From an uncultured Acidobacteriota bacterium (lineage in GTDB: Bacteria > Acidobacteriota > Thermoanaerobaculia > Multivoradales > SZUA-115), in assembly GCA_963805975.1 (NCBI GenBank), contig CAWDVR010000004.1, positions 288,001 to 352,000 of the forward strand: DNA of 64,000 nt, in the 5' to 3' direction. The translations under genes were made by a program, and so were the position numbers. This document shows positions 61,971 through 64,000 of the stretch, one piece after another; positions within the stretch are counted from its first letter, which is position 1; each line of letters opens with the position of its first letter. The notes below the pieces were generated by a model. It did no database searches. It had not been told where the DNA came from and was given only the letters and a program-made list of their open reading frames with translations.

Positions 61971-63662
61971 TTACCGCGCCAGCGACAGCCGCTGGCCGGG
62001 GTAGATGCGGTGGCCGCTCTTGAGGCCGTTGACCTGCACCAGCGTCTTGATCGGCACGCCGTAGCGCTGCGAGATGCCGTAGAGCGTGTCGCCGGGGCGC
62101 ACCACGTGCTCCCTGGGCCTCGCCTTCTCCCTGCCGTCGGCCGGCAGCGCCGGCGCCACCACCGCCTGGGTGGTCGCGGTGGCCTGGGGCGCGGGGGCCG
62201 GGGCGGGCGTCACCGACGCCACCCGCGGCGTCGCCGGGCCGGCGGTGAAGCGACCCGGGATCTGCAGCACCTGGCCGATGCGGAGCGTGGTCTTCCTGCC
62301 CATGTGGTTGGCCTGCTGGAGAGCGGCCACCGAGACGCCGTTGCGGCGGGCGATCACCGACAGCGTCTCGCCGCTGCGCACGCGGTGCTGGGTACCGGCC
62401 TGGCGCGCCACCTTGACCTCGGCGGGCAGCTCGGCGTAGGCCTTGCGGAAAGCCTCGCCCTGGCCCGGCGGCACCCGCAGGCGGTAGCCGGCCGGCAGCA
62501 GCAGGCGGCCCGTCCACACGTCGGAATCGACCGCCGGGTTGAGCGCCGCGAGATCCAGCACCGGGAGGCCCACCTTGCCGGCGAGGGCCGGCGCCGGCAC
62601 GTGGTTCGGCACCACGAGCTCGTCGAACCGCACCTCGGGCAGGGGCTCTGCGCCGGGGAAGTAGTGGCCGCGGTTCTCGTAGATGGTGGCGGCGGCCACG
62701 AACTCCGAGTAGAAGTTGCGCGAGGCGAAGCCGAAGGTGCGGCCCTGGTGCTGGGCGGCAATGGTGCCCAGGTCCCTGGTGCCCAGGTTCTTGACCGCCT
62801 TCATCAGGCCGCCCGGCCCGTGGTTGTAGGCGGTGACGGCGAGCGGCCAGGTGCCGAGATAGCGGTAGTTCTCCTTGAGCACCGCGGCGGCGGCCGAGGC
62901 GGCGAGCAGCGGATCGAAGCGCTCGTCCACGTCCGCCGCCACGCGCAGGAAGCGGCGGCCGGTCGAGGGCATGATCTGCCAGATGCCGCCCGCCGCCACC
63001 TTGGAGCGCGCCTGCTCGTTGAACATCGACTCGACGAACGGCAGGCGGGTGAGGGTGAGCGGCAGGGCGCGGTCCTCGAACAGCCGCTCGATGGCCGGCA
63101 GGTAGCGCCCGGCGCGTCCGATCGCCTCGGTGAAATGGTCTTTGAGGCCGGCCTGCTGGCGCAGGCGGTCCGCCGCCAGGCCGAGCTCGCTCGTGGGGGC
63201 GCCGGCAAAGAGCGCCGCGATCTTCTTCGCCTCGTCCGGGTAGGCCGGCGAGCGGCCGGCGGCCAGATCCTGGAGCGTGACCTCGATCTTGGTCATCTCC
63301 TCGCGGATGGCGTCCTTGCGGCGGCGCTCCTTGGCCGCCTCGGACAGAGGCGAGGTGGCGAGCTCGGTGAAATCCAGCACCGCGTAGGTGCGCTGGATGT
63401 GCCACTCGTCGTGCAGCACCACATGGTCGCTGGTGTAGCGGCTGAAGATGTCGTTCCAGAAGGAGACGTTCGGTACGAGCTGGCTCGGCAGGGGGAAGAG
63501 CTTGCCGTCGATCTGCTTGAGGGCAGGGGGGGCCGGCGCCTCCGGCACCGGCTGCGCGGAGACGGCCGAGGCGAGCGCCGCGAGCACCGCCGGGGCCAGG
63601 GTCGACGCGAGGATGCGAGCGGGGAAGATGCGAACGGACACCGCGGATCGCTTCGAGCTCAT
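61971..63662 (-). CDS. Lytic murein transglycosylase with LysM domains (MltD-like)
   Basis: LPFVESMF, AGGIWQIM, AYNHG, and two C-terminal LysM repeats (HRVRSGETL, HVVRPGDTL). The start may be a few codons downstream. Confidence 0.9.
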   Translation of the reverse strand: MSSKRSAVSVRIFPARILASTLAPAVLAALASAVSAQPVPEAPAPPALKQIDGKLFPLPSQLVPNVSFWNDIFSRYTSDHVVLHDEWHIQRTYAVLDFTELATSPLSEAAKERRRKDAIREEMTKIEVTLQDLAAGRSPAYPDEAKKIAALFAGAPTSELGLAADRLRQQAGLKDHFTEAIGRAGRYLPAIERLFEDRALPLTLTRLPFVESMFNEQARSKVAAGGIWQIMPSTGRRFLRVAADVDERFDPLLAASAAAAVLKENYRYLGTWPLAVTAYNHGPGGLMKAVKNLGTRDLGTIAAQHQGRTFGFASRNFYSEFVAAATIYENRGHYFPGAEPLPEVRFDELVVPNHVPAPALAGKVGLPVLDLAALNPAVDSDVWTGRLLLPAGYRLRVPPGQGEAFRKAYAELPAEVKVARQAGTQHRVRSGETLSVIARRNGVSVAALQQANHMGRKTTLRIGQVLQIPGRFTAGPATPRVASVTPAPAPAPQATATTQAVVAPALPADGREKARPREHVVRPGDTLYGISQRYGVPIKTLVQVNGLKSGHRIYPGQRLSLAR

Positions 63663-63800
63663 CTGCCTTCAACGCCTCCAAACCGGAACCGGGTTACCTC
63701 GTAGAGCACGGGCGTTTTCCTATCGTAAACCCTTTTGCGGCGATCCGGACCAGGGAGTTGGGGAGTTTTTGACCGGGAAAGGCGCTTCGATGGGCCGCTC

Positions 63801-64000
63801 TCAGGTCCCGATCCGCTCGAGCTCCAGGAGCGGACCCTCGGGCACCTGGCCGGAGGAGAGGTCCACCTGCCCTGAGAGATGCCAGAGGTCGTCGGAGCTG
63901 GGGTCGAGGAGCACCTGCCGCACCCGCCAGGTGCGGGGGCCGGTGGCCTCCACCAGGGTGCGGTGGGCCTGCCGGGCCTCGGGCGTGAACAGCAGCTCGC
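63801..64000 (-). CDS. 3' end of a DUF3516-domain (DEAD/DEAH helicase-associated) protein, partial
   Basis: Reads LLFTPEARQAHRTLVEATGPRTWRVRQVLLDPSSDDLWHLSGQVDL...LERIGT*, resembling the DUF3516 C-terminus. Confidence 0.6.
   Translation of the reverse strand, partial: ELLFTPEARQAHRTLVEATGPRTWRVRQVLLDPSSDDLWHLSGQVDLSSGQVPEGPLLELERIGT

Overview
A very GC-rich (about 70% by eye) bacterial chromosomal segment. The gene content tentatively suggests an Acidobacteriota (Thermoanaerobaculia-like) genome. In order it holds: a partial amidohydrolase; a surface-glycan locus (priming sugar transferase, GT4, three GT2, GT-C/YfhO-like membrane proteins) split by an unusual double-hairpin element; a translation cluster (serS, tRNA-Ser(UGA), tRNA-Ser(GCU), a frameshifted glnS-YqeY, gltX, tRNA-Gln(CUG)) interleaved with Uma2, two vapBC pairs and transketolase; an ECF sigma/anti-sigma/subtilase operon; a deletion-fused PA-domain protease relic; lon; a BlaI/M56 pair with clear operators; a collapsed DUF1800/DUF1501 relic; a tiny histone-H1-like gene; an edd-eda-GNAT-pfkA-PP2C run followed by a deoxyhypusine-synthase-like gene; AlaX, YbdK, an M28 peptidase, a sulfatase-like protein, polB, a TAP-like hydrolase, a two-component system, a PQQ-propeller protein and an MltD-like transglycosylase. 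I found no CRISPR array, rRNA, integrase or transposase. The most striking unexplained signal is at 10770-10971: two ~87-nt hairpins whose arms differ by about 10 fully compensated changes around an identical 26-nt core in opposite orientations. All family assignments come from motif recognition by eye, not from database searches.
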